Shown here: positions 10,160-20,912 of the stretch, piece by piece
Position numbering within the stretch: the stretch's first letter is position 1
Layout of the letters: each line of letters opens with the position of its first letter
Source: Acidobacteriota bacterium
GTDB lineage: Bacteria; Acidobacteriota; UBA890; WLXD01
Reading direction: 5' to 3'
DNA length: 64,000 nt
Assembly (NCBI GenBank): GCA_965205505.1
Contig: CBDBHB010000009.1
Coordinates: 1,984,001 to 2,048,000, forward strand
The notes under the pieces: model-generated
What the model saw: only the letters and a program-made list of their open reading frames with translations
Told to the model about the DNA's origin: nothing
The model's database searches: none
Program-made: the position numbers and the translations under genes

Positions 10160-12577
10160 ATGGACATCTCGAACCTACGTATTTCTTCAAATCGCGGCGC
10201 CTTCAGGGTGCTGGTTCTCTCGATGCTGATCTGCTTGTTGGTGTCGGTGTTGCCGGCGGAGGCACAGTTCAACTTCGGCCTCACGGTGGCGGCGGTGGAG
10301 GGCGAGGTGCTGGTAGGGGAGCCGGGCAATCGCATCGCTCCCGGCTTCGTGTACGTCTACCGCGCCGATGCCGGCGGCTGGCAGGAGGTTCAACGCCTGA
10401 CGCGCTCAGAGGCGACCAACGGCGATGCCTTCGGCCAGGGACTGGTGGCCGACGGCGATCGGCTACTGATCGGCGCCGCGCCGGATGGCCAGGGGACGAT
10501 CTATGTCTTCGAGCGCCGCGGCGCTGGTTGGATCCAGGTCGGGCGGTTCGCAAGCCACGATGGCGAACCGCACGACAGCTTCGGGACGGCCATCGCCGTG
10601 AGCGGCGACGTGGCCCTTGTCGGTGCCGCCGGCAGCGGCGACGACAGCGGAACGGCGTACCTGTACAGCCGTCAGGGTGATGGCTGGCGGCAGCTGCAGG
10701 CGCTCACGCCGGATGACGTCGTCACCGACGTCTCCGACCAGGAGGGCGCGGAGGAAGCCGACGACACTGCAGAGCCGACGGCACGATTCGGCGCTGCGGT
10801 GGCGATCGATGGCGACTGGGCGATGGTCGGTGCCCCGACGGAATCGGGGACCGGGACCGTCTATGCCTTCCGCCGCGAGGAGGAAGGCTGGCAATTCTTC
10901 GACAAGCTGGCGCCGGCCGACGCGGACGAAGAAGCGGGATTCGGCTCAACGGTGGTGTTGTCCGACGGCGTGGCTCTTGTCGGAGAGGTCGGTGCGGACG
11001 GCGGCGGCGCGGTGCACGTCTACGTCTTGGACGACGACGACGGCGGCTGGATCGCCGACAGCGTGCTGCAGCCGTTCGACGGACAATCCGGTGCGGGGTT
11101 CGGCACCGCGATCGCAGTCGGCGACGGCGAGTTGTTGGTAGGTGCGCCCGGTGCCGACGACGACGGCCGTATCTATCGGTTCAGCTACGATGACGAGGGG
11201 ACCTGGACCGGTTCGACCAAGCTGGGCACCTCCTTCTTGGGCTTCCGCGCCGCCTTCGCCTCGGCCCTGGCGGTCAGCGGCGACGTGCTGGTGGCGGGGG
11301 TACCGGAAGATGATCTTGGCGCTGGCTCCGCCGTCATCATGGAGCGCTCCCTTGGTGGTTGGGATCGCACCAGGGTGCTCAGCGAGGCGCTGGCTTTCGA
11401 CCCGGTGGTCGGTGGCGCCGTGGAGTGCGTCGAGGGCATGGCGGGCGTCTTCCCCTGCGACAACTTCGACCTGATCTCGTTTCTGCCCAACCACACGATG
11501 GGTGGCAAGCGTGGCACCTGGGCCAACGACGTCTGGGGCTGGATAGACCCTGACACCGGCCACGAATACGCACTAGTGGGGCTTTCGGGGCGCACGTCAT
11601 TCGTCGACGTGACCGACCCGTACAACCCCGTCTACGTGGGCAACCTGCCGAAGACCGCAGGCTCGCCAGACAGCTACTGGCGCGACATCAAAGTGTACGC
11701 CGACCATGCCTTCATCGTGGCGGATGCCGCCGAGGAGCACGGTGTGCAGGTTTTCGACCTGGCGCGGTTGCGCGAGTACGACGGCACCCCGCTCGTGTTC
11801 AACGCCGACGTCCTCTACGACCGTATCGACAGCGCCCACAACATCGTCATCAACGAGGAGAGCGCCTTCGCATACGTGGTCGGGGCCAGCGGCGGCGGGG
11901 AGACCTGCGGCGGTGGCTTGCACATGATCAACATCGAGGACCCGAAGCAGCCGATCTTCGTCGGTTGCTTCTCCGACGTCAGTACCGGGCGCGCCAGCAC
12001 CGGGTACTCACACGACGCCCAGTGTGTGATCTACGAAGGGCCTGACGAGCAGTACGCGGGCCGTGAGATCTGCTTCGGTTCCAACGAGACGGCGGTCAGC
12101 ATCGCCGACGTCACCAACAAGCGGAACCCGGTGGCGGTGTCGCTGGCGACCTACCCGAATGTCGGCTACACGCACCAGGGTTGGCTAACCGATGATCATC
12201 GCTTCTTCTACATGAACGACGAGCTCGACGAGGCGTCGGGGACGGTCGACGGCACCCGCACACTGATCTTCGACGTGCAGGAGCTCGACGATCCGATACT
12301 GGTGGACGAATACATCCACGACACCGACGCCATCGACCACAACCTCTATATCGTCGGGGATCGGATGTATCAGTCGAATTACAACGCCGGCCTACGGGTG
12401 CTCGACATCAGCGATCCCGAACAACCCGAGATGGCGGGTTACTTCGACACCGTCCCGTGGGACGAGAACGAGGCGCAGTACTCCAGCTTCTCTTGGAGCA
12501 ACTATCCGTTCTTCGACAGCGGTTATGTGCTCATCACCAGCATCCGCGAAGGGCTCTTCATCGTGAAGGAACGCTGA
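10160..12577 (+). CDS. Choice-of-anchor B family protein with N-terminal FG-GAP repeats
   Basis: Repeated FG.A.A..GD..LVGAP units; NDVWGW, WRDIKVY, HDAQCV, HQGWLT and WSNYPFF motifs. Confidence 0.85.
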   Translation: MDISNLRISSNRGAFRVLVLSMLICLLVSVLPAEAQFNFGLTVAAVEGEVLVGEPGNRIAPGFVYVYRADAGGWQEVQRLTRSEATNGDAFGQGLVADGDRLLIGAAPDGQGTIYVFERRGAGWIQVGRFASHDGEPHDSFGTAIAVSGDVALVGAAGSGDDSGTAYLYSRQGDGWRQLQALTPDDVVTDVSDQEGAEEADDTAEPTARFGAAVAIDGDWAMVGAPTESGTGTVYAFRREEEGWQFFDKLAPADADEEAGFGSTVVLSDGVALVGEVGADGGGAVHVYVLDDDDGGWIADSVLQPFDGQSGAGFGTAIAVGDGELLVGAPGADDDGRIYRFSYDDEGTWTGSTKLGTSFLGFRAAFASALAVSGDVLVAGVPEDDLGAGSAVIMERSLGGWDRTRVLSEALAFDPVVGGAVECVEGMAGVFPCDNFDLISFLPNHTMGGKRGTWANDVWGWIDPDTGHEYALVGLSGRTSFVDVTDPYNPVYVGNLPKTAGSPDSYWRDIKVYADHAFIVADAAEEHGVQVFDLARLREYDGTPLVFNADVLYDRIDSAHNIVINEESAFAYVVGASGGGETCGGGLHMINIEDPKQPIFVGCFSDVSTGRASTGYSHDAQCVIYEGPDEQYAGREICFGSNETAVSIADVTNKRNPVAVSLATYPNVGYTHQGWLTDDHRFFYMNDELDEASGTVDGTRTLIFDVQELDDPILVDEYIHDTDAIDHNLYIVGDRMYQSNYNAGLRVLDISDPEQPEMAGYFDTVPWDENEAQYSSFSWSNYPFFDSGYVLITSIREGLFIVKER

Positions 12578-12630
12578 TCGTCGCTAGCAGGCTCGTGGCA
12601 GCAGACCCATCAGAGTCTCACCACAGTTTG

Positions 12631-13965
12631 CTAGGCTACGACCAGCAGGTCCGCCGGGGTCATCGAGAGCCGCCGACAACGATCGGTCTCGTGCACGAAC
12701 GTATCGATCAACGCCGTGCTGCCGGTCGAGTAGCTCTCGTAGTTGAACACCTGGCGCTCCTGGATGATCCAGTCGTTGGTGTCTTCCTCACCAACGCTGA
12801 AGCTCCACCATCCTACCCAGTCGGGCGGGAAGCTGATGCCGAGCTCATAGCCGCCGGTATAGCCGCTGATCTCGCCGCGCTGGCGCATCTGCCACGCACC
12901 GGTCTCTTGATAGAACTCGCGCATGATCTTGGTGAGCTCCTTCAGCGGCATGCCAGCACGAGCGTGATGGGCCAGCGTTTCCATGGCGCGACCGTTCATC
13001 TTGTAGAGGTCGGCCAGCTTCTTGGGCGGGTCGCCGACGAAGAAGCCGCGGGCAGTGTTGGAGTGGTACCGGTTCTTGACGCCACAGATGTCGCAGATCA
13101 CGTGATCGCCCATCTGCACCACACGCGTGGAAGCGATGCCGTGCAGGAACGTCGCGCCGCCTACCTTGATGGATGACAAGAGCCCCGACATCCCGCCTCC
13201 GGCTCGCGTCATCGCCCGTACCATCTCGCCGTAGACCTCGAGCTCGGTGACGCCCGGCTGCAGCGTTTCCATGATCGCCTGCAGACCGATGTCGCAGATC
13301 CGCGCCGCCTCCATCATGACGTCGATCTCGGCGGGCGATTTGTGTAGCCGCACTTCGGCCATGATGTCGGAGCCGTCGACGAGCGGACATCCGCGTGCTT
13401 CGAACACGGTTTCGAGCTGCTTCATGCGCGCCGGTACCGGTCGGTAGCTCCAATACTGCAAGCCGACGGTGCCCTTCAGCCAACCGGCGGCTTCGAGCTC
13501 CATGGCGTGACCTTCATAGGGACGGCCGCCACCGCTCTGCGGACGTCGGATGTCCTCGGCTGCCGACGTGGCCGCCATCAGATCGTCGTGGCTGTCGAAG
13601 TGAATCAGCGTGTCGTGGTCCACGTGCACGGCGCTGATCGAGTTCATGCCCCATGCCTTGGGGCCGTTCTGCTGGAACCAGTTGAGCTCGATGCCGTGCA
13701 GGTAGCACATGTCCTCGGGCATGGTGACGAACAGCATGTCGATATTGTCCTGCGCCATGCGCTCGCGGACGCGATTGAGTCGCCCCTGGTACTCGGCCTT
13801 CGAGAACGGCGGTGGGGGATGCGCGCCGATGGTTGCCCCGGGAGTCGTCCTGTGCGGGGTAAACCCGCCCGCGGCGGCCCTCGCTGAACCGGTAGCGAGC
13901 AGACCCGCGGCGGTGGCGGCCGAGGTCGCCATGAAGTTTCGTCGATTCAACTCCGGATTTTTCAT
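12631..13965 (-). CDS. M24/creatinase-fold hydrolase, ectoine hydrolase (DoeA)-like, with Tat signal
   Basis: NRRNFM Tat motif; PFSKAEYQGRL, KSPAEI and GYELGISFPPDW motifs. Confidence 0.75.
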   Translation of the reverse strand: MKNPELNRRNFMATSAATAAGLLATGSARAAAGGFTPHRTTPGATIGAHPPPPFSKAEYQGRLNRVRERMAQDNIDMLFVTMPEDMCYLHGIELNWFQQNGPKAWGMNSISAVHVDHDTLIHFDSHDDLMAATSAAEDIRRPQSGGGRPYEGHAMELEAAGWLKGTVGLQYWSYRPVPARMKQLETVFEARGCPLVDGSDIMAEVRLHKSPAEIDVMMEAARICDIGLQAIMETLQPGVTELEVYGEMVRAMTRAGGGMSGLLSSIKVGGATFLHGIASTRVVQMGDHVICDICGVKNRYHSNTARGFFVGDPPKKLADLYKMNGRAMETLAHHARAGMPLKELTKIMREFYQETGAWQMRQRGEISGYTGGYELGISFPPDWVGWWSFSVGEEDTNDWIIQERQVFNYESYSTGSTALIDTFVHETDRCRRLSMTPADLLVVA

Positions 13966-14199
13966 CGATCTCCTCCGAGCCGTCGGCCGCGATGGATCCC
14001 ATCGCGCAGTGAGCGGCGGCGAGCAATCCGCCTGCAATGTGTGTCGGACGTCGCCGCGACACTAACTCCGGAAGGTCGGGTTTTCCACCGAGAGACGGGA
14101 GTGAAGCCGAATGATGGTGGATCGCTTTCGAACATCGAGGTCGCGGGCAGCCTAAACTCCTCTCCTGATCCCGGTCGCCAGAGACAAGGAAGTCGTCGA

Positions 14200-15030
14200 G
14201 TGTCAGCGAAATCGAGCTTGAGTGGAAAGACTCTGTTCATTACCGGTGGCAGCCGCGGCATCGGCAAGGCAATCGGAGTGCGCGCGGCGCGCGACGGGGC
14301 CAACGTGGTGATTGCTGCCAAGACAGTGGAGCCCCATCCCAAGCTGCCGGGGACAATCCATACGGCCGCCGAGGAAATGGAGTCCGCCGGTGGCGCGTCT
14401 CTCGCCTGTCAGGTCGACATCCGCTTCGAGGAACAGGTCGAAGCCGCCGTGGCACTGGCGGTCGAGACTTTCGGCGGAATCGACATCCTGGTCAATAACG
14501 CCAGTGCCATCAGTCTGACGGGTACGCTTCAGACCGAGATGAAACGCTACGACCTGATGCACTCCATCAACACGCGCGGCACTTTCGTGTGTTCCAAAGC
14601 GTGCATACCGCATCTGAAGAATGCCGAGAATCCGCACATGCTCAACCTCTCGCCGCCGCTGGATATGGAAGCGCGATGGTTCGCGCCGCACCTCGCCTAC
14701 ACGATGGCGAAGTTCGGCATGAGCATGTGCGTGCTCGGGATGGCGGAGGAGCTCAGAGAAGACGGCATCGCCGTCAACGCCCTCTGGCCGCGGACTGTCA
14801 TCGCCACCGCGGCGGTACAGAATCTTCTGGGTGGCGATGAGGCGATAAAGCGGTGCCGCAAGCCCGAGATCATGGCCGACGCGGCGCATGCCATCCTTAC
14901 CAAAAGCAGCCGCGATTTCACCGGCAACTTCGTGATCGACGACGAGATCCTCACTGCCGAAGGAGGAACGGATCTCGACTCCTATGCGATGACTCCCGGT
15001 GGGGAGTTGCTCCCTGATTTCTTCGTTTGA
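14200..15030 (+). CDS. Short-chain dehydrogenase (HSDL2/AtuG-like)
   Basis: TGGSRGIG, PHPKLPGTI, NNASAI, YTMAK and NALWPRT motifs. Confidence 0.9.
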   Translation: MSAKSSLSGKTLFITGGSRGIGKAIGVRAARDGANVVIAAKTVEPHPKLPGTIHTAAEEMESAGGASLACQVDIRFEEQVEAAVALAVETFGGIDILVNNASAISLTGTLQTEMKRYDLMHSINTRGTFVCSKACIPHLKNAENPHMLNLSPPLDMEARWFAPHLAYTMAKFGMSMCVLGMAEELREDGIAVNALWPRTVIATAAVQNLLGGDEAIKRCRKPEIMADAAHAILTKSSRDFTGNFVIDDEILTAEGGTDLDSYAMTPGGELLPDFFV

Positions 15031-15043
15031 GAGGATTCATACG

Positions 15044-15580
15044 ATGACACGAGTGGTGCGCGTTCCGTTGAAACAACTTACGCCCGAAAATGTCGAGGGC
15101 TTTGGCGAGGTGATTCGCAGCCTCGATGAAGTGGAGCCCGTGGTTCGCGAGGGCGAGATGGTGACGGAGCGCATGGAGATGCTCCGCAAGGGCGACGACC
15201 TGTACTTCGCGAATCTCGCGGTGGGTGACGAAGGCGTGGTGGCCACCCTGGTCGAGGGCGCGGCACAGGTCAGCCACGTGAACTTCCACAGCGATGCGAC
15301 ACAGGCGTTCATCGGTGCAGATCGCAAACCTACCGTGTTCCTGCTCGCCAAGCCGACGAACAACCTCCGCCCGGAGGACTTTGTGGCGTTCTATTCCGAT
15401 GGTTCTCTCGGTATGAGCATGCTCCCCGATGTGTGGCACACATCGCCGCTACCGGTCGAGGGGAGTCAGAGCTACGAGAACACGCAGGGCAAGGGCTACC
15501 ACCATGCGACCGTCGGGCACGATTTTCTCGACGAGGACGTGGTGTTGGAGGTGCCGCTCCACGCACCGGAGCACCGGTAG
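15044..15580 (+). CDS. Ureidoglycolate lyase-like cupin
   Basis: LTPENVEGFGEVI, H.DATQAF and PDVWH motifs. Confidence 0.65.
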   Translation: MTRVVRVPLKQLTPENVEGFGEVIRSLDEVEPVVREGEMVTERMEMLRKGDDLYFANLAVGDEGVVATLVEGAAQVSHVNFHSDATQAFIGADRKPTVFLLAKPTNNLRPEDFVAFYSDGSLGMSMLPDVWHTSPLPVEGSQSYENTQGKGYHHATVGHDFLDEDVVLEVPLHAPEHR

Positions 15581-15591
15581 GGGGCAAGTCC

Positions 15592-17808
15592 GTGCAAAGA
15601 TGCGCGCGTCTCCGCCGCTGTCGTGCCGAGCGCGCCGCAGTGTCGGTGGTGGTCGCCTTCCTAGGGTCGCTTGCCGGCTCGGCGGAGGCGTCGCCGCGGC
15701 CTCAGTCTCCACAAGCAGGCGAAACGGTGCTCCACGCGACACGTGTTGCTGAGGCGCCGAGGCTCGACGGCGTCCTCGATGAGCGGATCTGGGACCAGGC
15801 GGTGCCCTTCGACCAGTTCCTTCAGCAGGTGCCGAAAACCGGAGCGCCGGCGAGCGAACTAACCGAGGTGCTGATCCTGTATACCGACACCAATCTGTAC
15901 TTCGGCGTACGCGTCTACCAGCGCGATCCGGACACGATTCGCGCTAACGAGCTGCGCTACGACCAGCCACAGATGCACCGGCAGGACGACACCATCTCCA
16001 TCATCCTCGACACCTTTCACGACCATCGCAATGGCTACGAGTTCATATTCAACGCCTTGGGAACGCGCGGCGACTGGGCCTGTACGGACGAGGGGCGCCA
16101 CTGGAACCGGTTCTGGGATCCGGTCTGGGATGTCGCCACGAAGATCACCACACAAGGCTGGACCGCCGAGGTGGAGATCCCATTCAAGAGCATTCGCTAC
16201 CGCAGTGGTGGCGGGCGCTGGGGGATCAACGTTCGGCGCGCCATCTTGTACCGCAACGAATGGGTGCACGCGACCCAGATATCGCCGGCCTACTCTCATC
16301 CGTCGCAGGGCATCGGCGAGCTCTCGTCGGCCGCCGATCTGGATGGGCTGGAAGGGATCGGCGGCGGCCACAACGTGGAGATCAAGCCGTATGCGTCGAT
16401 CGACTCCAGCGCCCAGGTGGCCGGGCTGGAGCGCACGCAGTCGGGAGTAGAGCCGGGGCTCGATCTCAAGTACGGGTTCACCCCGAGCCTGAACCTCGAC
16501 CTGACGTACAACACCGACTTTTCCCAGGTCGAGGTGGACGAGCAGCAGATCAACCTGACCCGCTTCGGGTTGTTCTTCCCGGAGAAGCGCACGTTCTTCC
16601 AAGAGGGGCAGGGGATCTTCGATTTCGGCGTGCGCAACGGCGACTACCGCGTGCTGCCGTTCTTCAGTCGTAGAATCGGGCTGGAGGATGGTGTGCCAGT
16701 GCCGATCGGCGGGGGCGGCCGTCTGACCGGCAAGCTGGGCGGCTACAGCGTCGGTGTGCTGGGATTGCGCACTGCGGCGGAGGGGCAATACGTGCGCAAC
16801 GACTTCTCGGCAGTGCGCATCAAGCGAGACGTCTTCGGTCGGTCCAGCGTCGGGATGCTCTTCACCGATCGCCGTTCCAGTGGCACCGACACCGCCAACC
16901 AGGTGTTCGGACTCGACGCCAACGTGGCGTTTGGGGCGCGTAACAAGGCCGACCTGTTCTGGGTGCGCAGCAGCGACGATCGAGCCGGCGAGAGCTCGTC
17001 CGCCTACCGGGCGCATGTGCTGCTGGAGAATGACCTGCTCGGTTTCGAGACCGACTGGATGCGCGTCGGTGACGCCTTCGACCCCGGTGTTGGCTTCGTG
17101 CAGCGTCGCGGCATGAACCGCCGCTATATCAAGGCACAGGTGAGCCCACGGCCGGGACGACTCGGCATTCGCAAGATCTACCTGCGTACGGAGCTCGACT
17201 ACGTCGAGGATCTGCAGGGTATTCTCGAGACGCGGGTCTGGGAGGAGAGCCTGACGATCCAATCGGAGTCCGACGATACGCTGTTGTTCGGGTGGCAGAG
17301 CGCTGATGAGGTAGTGCAGCAGCCGTTTCTCGTCGCCGGCGTTTTGCCGGTAGAAAACGGGAGCTACGGGTTCAATCACTGGCAGCTTCGCGTCGCTACC
17401 TCACAGAGCCGGAATCTGTTTGCAACCCTGCGCCTGCGCGGCGGCGGCTTCTTCGGCGGTACTCGCACCGATGTGGGCGCCGACGCGTTTCTCAAGGCCA
17501 GCCGGCACCTGCTGGTGGACGCTGGCTACTCCAACAGCAGCATCCACCTGTCGACCGGCGATCTCGATGCCACGCTAATGCGCTTGCGCGGCACGTACAT
17601 TTTCAACCCGCGCATCTGGACGGCAACGCTCGTGCAGTGGAATAGCGTGAGTCGCGAGCTGGGCGTCAACGCGCGTCTCCGCTACACCTACCGACCTGGC
17701 AGCGACATCTACGTGGTGTTCAACGAGCGTGCCATCAGCCCCGAGAGCGCCTGGCTGCTTCGCGAGCGTAGCCTGATCGTCAAATGGATCTACTTGCTTC
17801 GAATGTAG
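15592..17808 (+). CDS. CBM9-like/DUF5916 outer-membrane protein
   Basis: PRLDGVLDE, GWTAEVEIPF, NTDFSQVEVD and LTRFGLFFPEKRTFF motifs; beta-barrel-like C-terminus. Confidence 0.85.
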   Translation: MQRCARLRRCRAERAAVSVVVAFLGSLAGSAEASPRPQSPQAGETVLHATRVAEAPRLDGVLDERIWDQAVPFDQFLQQVPKTGAPASELTEVLILYTDTNLYFGVRVYQRDPDTIRANELRYDQPQMHRQDDTISIILDTFHDHRNGYEFIFNALGTRGDWACTDEGRHWNRFWDPVWDVATKITTQGWTAEVEIPFKSIRYRSGGGRWGINVRRAILYRNEWVHATQISPAYSHPSQGIGELSSAADLDGLEGIGGGHNVEIKPYASIDSSAQVAGLERTQSGVEPGLDLKYGFTPSLNLDLTYNTDFSQVEVDEQQINLTRFGLFFPEKRTFFQEGQGIFDFGVRNGDYRVLPFFSRRIGLEDGVPVPIGGGGRLTGKLGGYSVGVLGLRTAAEGQYVRNDFSAVRIKRDVFGRSSVGMLFTDRRSSGTDTANQVFGLDANVAFGARNKADLFWVRSSDDRAGESSSAYRAHVLLENDLLGFETDWMRVGDAFDPGVGFVQRRGMNRRYIKAQVSPRPGRLGIRKIYLRTELDYVEDLQGILETRVWEESLTIQSESDDTLLFGWQSADEVVQQPFLVAGVLPVENGSYGFNHWQLRVATSQSRNLFATLRLRGGGFFGGTRTDVGADAFLKASRHLLVDAGYSNSSIHLSTGDLDATLMRLRGTYIFNPRIWTATLVQWNSVSRELGVNARLRYTYRPGSDIYVVFNERAISPESAWLLRERSLIVKWIYLLRM

Positions 17809-17836
17809 GCGCCGTGTCGACGCTCGATCGTGCCGC

Positions 17837-18223
17837 TCAGTCGGATCCGCTCGCGCGGAGCACTTGGATTCGGGCCGGCAGCTCGGAGAAGACCAGCGGA
17901 TTGGAGCTGTCGGCGTTTGCCATGATGACGAACCCGTACCCCTCCTCCAGGTGCGCCACGAGGTTGCTCCGAAACCCCCAATTGCCTCCGGCATGTCCGA
18001 AGTACTGTGGCGCTTCGCCGGCCGGGGCCGGCACGTGTGGAGAGAGCGATCCGACCGTGAACCCCAACGCATAGTGGCCGATGCCGCCCTGGGTCACCAT
18101 CTTCCGGGTCATCTCTCGGGTGAGGACCTCGTTGGAGCGCCCCTGGAGCGATAGCTGAACTTCAATGAGGAATTTGGCGAGATCGGTCGGTGTCGTCCAC
18201 AGCCCGGCGGCGTAGAGCTCAGG
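17837..18223 (-). pseudogene. C-terminal fragment of a serine hydrolase (beta-lactamase family) truncated by IS3
   Basis: PELYAAGLWTTPTDLAKF...FGHAGGNWGF directly abuts the IS left end at 18224. Confidence 0.8.
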
Positions 18224-19700
18224 TGACCCAAACCCCGAAAACGGTGCCAGGTTGATGTTTAGGAAATCGGTGTACCGTCGTAGCGGCTGGCAGAGGCAGC
18301 TGACGCCCATACCGATCGGAGAACGGACAGATGAAGCGGAAGAGGTACACGGACGAGCAGATCGCCTACGCGCTGCGGCAGGCTGAGGCGGGCACGCCGA
18401 TCAAGGAGGTGTGTGTCGCAAGCTGGGCGTCAGCGAGCAGACGTTGCCTCGACGTGGCGCCGCAAGTTCGCCGGGATGGGCGTGGCCGAACTTCGGGAGC
18501 TACGACAACTCCGCCATGAGAACCGGAAGTTGAAGCAGCTGGTGGCAGATCTGAGCTTGGCCAACACCATCTTTGAACACGATGCTCACGTTACGGATCA
18601 TGCTTCCGTCAAAAAAGGTGGTCGCCATCGATCACCACCAGGTCTGCAACCGCGACGGGTTCCGTGTCAGTGAGCGTCGAGCGTGTCGGCTGATCGAGTT
18701 GTCGCGCACCAGCCATCGGTATCAGAGCACAAGGACGGACGACCCCGTGCTGCGGCGTCGTCTTGGCGAGCTCGCCGCGGCGCGTCCGCGGTTCGGGTAT
18801 CGGAGGTTGTGCGTGTTGCTACGCCGCGAGGGATGGGTAGTCGAATACCGAAGCGTCGACGTCAGCGACACCCCGTGGGCCACGATGTGGCGGATGGCTG
18901 TAGGTCATCGCTGGCAATGTCCAGGTTGGCAAGCATCGTGCTCATCTCGGGCGGACTTGTTGACCTCTTTGCCGGGTACGAAGTCGCTCATCGTGATGAA
19001 AGCGAGGGTCGCGAGCTCGACCGCCTCAGCGTGGGTCACATACGGCTTGTGCTGCCGCCCGCAGAGCGGCCCAACGAGCGCTGGAGCATGGACTTCGTGA
19101 CCGATCGGCTCGAGAGTGGCCGGCCGTTTCGGGTGCTGACGGTGGTCGATCAGTTTAGCCGTGAATGTCCGTTACTTGAGCCGGCGTGTCGATGACCGGC
19201 AAGGCGGTGGCTGGAGCACTCGAGCGGCTGTCGTTTGCCGGGCCGTTGCCACGGGTCATCACCGTCGACAATGGCTCAGAATTCTACTCCCAGGCGATGG
19301 ACTCCTGGGCGTACCGAAGAGGCGTGCAGTTGGAGTTCATTCGGCCGGGAAAGCATCCGTGGAGAATGCGTTCATCGAGAGTTTCAACGGACGGCTTCGC
19401 GACGAATGCCTCAACGCCAACCTGTTCTTCTCGATCGATGACGCGCGCCGAAAACTGGAGGCTTGGACAGGCTTGACAATACCTTCAGACCACACAGCTC
19501 ACTAGAACGATCGTACCCGGAAACGGAGTCTCGCCAGGGGCTCGGAGGCGTTGCTCGAGCTCGAATCTCCAACTCGACGTGCGCGGCTCCAGGCCACTGT
19601 TTTTGGTGGGTTGGCTACGGTCACCAATCGACGATCGACCTCCCATCCCCAGGAGGTTCGATCCAAACCTCTGACTGGTACTGATTTCGGGGTGGGGTCA
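18224..19700 (+). mobile_element. Degenerate IS3-family element (IS407-like)
   Basis: Imperfect terminal IRs TGACCCAAACCCCGAAAACGGTGCCAG and revcomp TGACCCCACCCCGAAATCAGTACCAG. orfA starts MKRKRYTDEQI; orfB has WSMDF, DNGSEF and NAFIESFNGRLRDECLN. Several frameshifts and foreign sequence at ~18840-19020. Confidence 0.9.
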
Positions 19701-19726
19701 CAGCACCGAGTTACTGAGATAAGACG

Positions 19727-19751
19727 TGGTACTAACCGTGGGGTCAGGTCA
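19727..19751. mobile_element. Second, isolated IS3-type terminal inverted repeat
   Basis: TGGTACTAACCGTGGGGTCAGGTCA resembles the IS right end just upstream and ends in CA. Confidence 0.55.
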
Positions 19752-20759
19752 GTAGGTACCGTCGTCGCGCAAGATGCGGTTGTCGATCTCGGGCGGGGTG
19801 GTGGCGTCGGCGGCGAAGGTTGCTGCTGGCTGTGCGAACTCCGCACCACCGGGTTCTACAATCAGGCTCGCTGGCACGTCTCCGCGGGCGGCGATCTCGG
19901 TGCGGGCTGTCGGCACCCAATCGTAGAACGGGTAGGGTTTGTCGAGCCGTGGGCCGTACTGCTGGATGCGGCGGCGCCAGATGTAGTTGTTCGGATCGAC
20001 CGCTAGCGCAGCCTCCCAGTAGTGCACGGCGCGCTGGAAGTCACCGGGGTGCGGCGCGGTCGAGTCGTACCGCCGACGAAATGCCACGCCGGTGCGGAAC
20101 AGCCCGTAGCCATGCTCCGGATTGGCGCTGGCGGCAGTCTTGAACGCGTCGACGATGGCGTCGATCTGGGTGTTGTCACCCCAGCGGTACAGATCGTGGG
20201 CCCGCTGACGATGCAGGTCGAGTGGTGCCGTCGACGTCGACGCCGTGTTGTCTGGTGGCTTGAACTGCACATCCACGAACGTACGCCGTAGCTCTTCCGG
20301 ACGATCCAGCGGCGGATGGATCTGCCGGATGATGCCATGCTCGTCGATCGCGAAGGTCAGGGGAACGACCTGGATCTCGAGCAGGTCGAGAGAGTCGACC
20401 AGCACCGGCCAATCCATTTCCTTCCATTGCATGAACAGGCGCGCTCGGTCCGGATGCTGTTCCTGAACGATGCCGAGCATCTGCACGTCGCCGGCCGCCT
20501 GCCATGCCTTCGTCGCTTCGTGCCACCCGGGCACGTGCACGCGGCAGCCTGCTCACCATGAGGCGAACACATGCAAGATCAGCTTGTGGCCACGAAAGTC
20601 GGCAACACTGCGGCGATTGCCGTCCAGGTCGGGCAGCGCGATGTTCGGGAAGGGGTGACCGATCTGCAAGCCGCCCTCGTCTTGCTGCGCATAACCGCTG
20701 GCCGGCAACAGTGCTAAGAGCATCACCAGAATCTCGAGCGTCACGGTGCGCACCGTCAT
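19749..20759 (-). CDS. Putative selenoprotein: secreted TlpA/AhpC-TSA thioredoxin fold with UxxC plus TPR-like region; 3' end probably truncated
   Basis: ORFs 20553-20759 and 19749-20540 share a frame; the junction reads FASW-TGA-AGCRVHVP. A hairpin follows the UGA. Confidence 0.8.
20514..20552 (-). promoter_or_regulatory. Candidate bacterial SECIS hairpin
   Basis: CGTGCC-CGGGT-GGCACG stem-loop with a G-rich loop about 23 nt 3' of the UGA. Confidence 0.55.
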
Positions 20760-20912
20760 CGAATTGTTCGCTCCAGCGTTGCGCCGCCTGGCAGGGCCTG
20801 CGACTGGCGGCCGATCACCTGGTCACGCAGTCTACCGTGGTTGCGCTTGAATACACTAACGGGGTGGCCTGGCTAAGCGCCTGTCGACTTACTCTCCCTG
20901 CGGAAGCGCTCG

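Noticed and set aside
15859-17379. Long antisense ORFs (this one and e.g. 36362-37426, 39138-40121, 42697-43683)
   Set aside because: Shadows of high-GC coding genes with no recognisable motifs.
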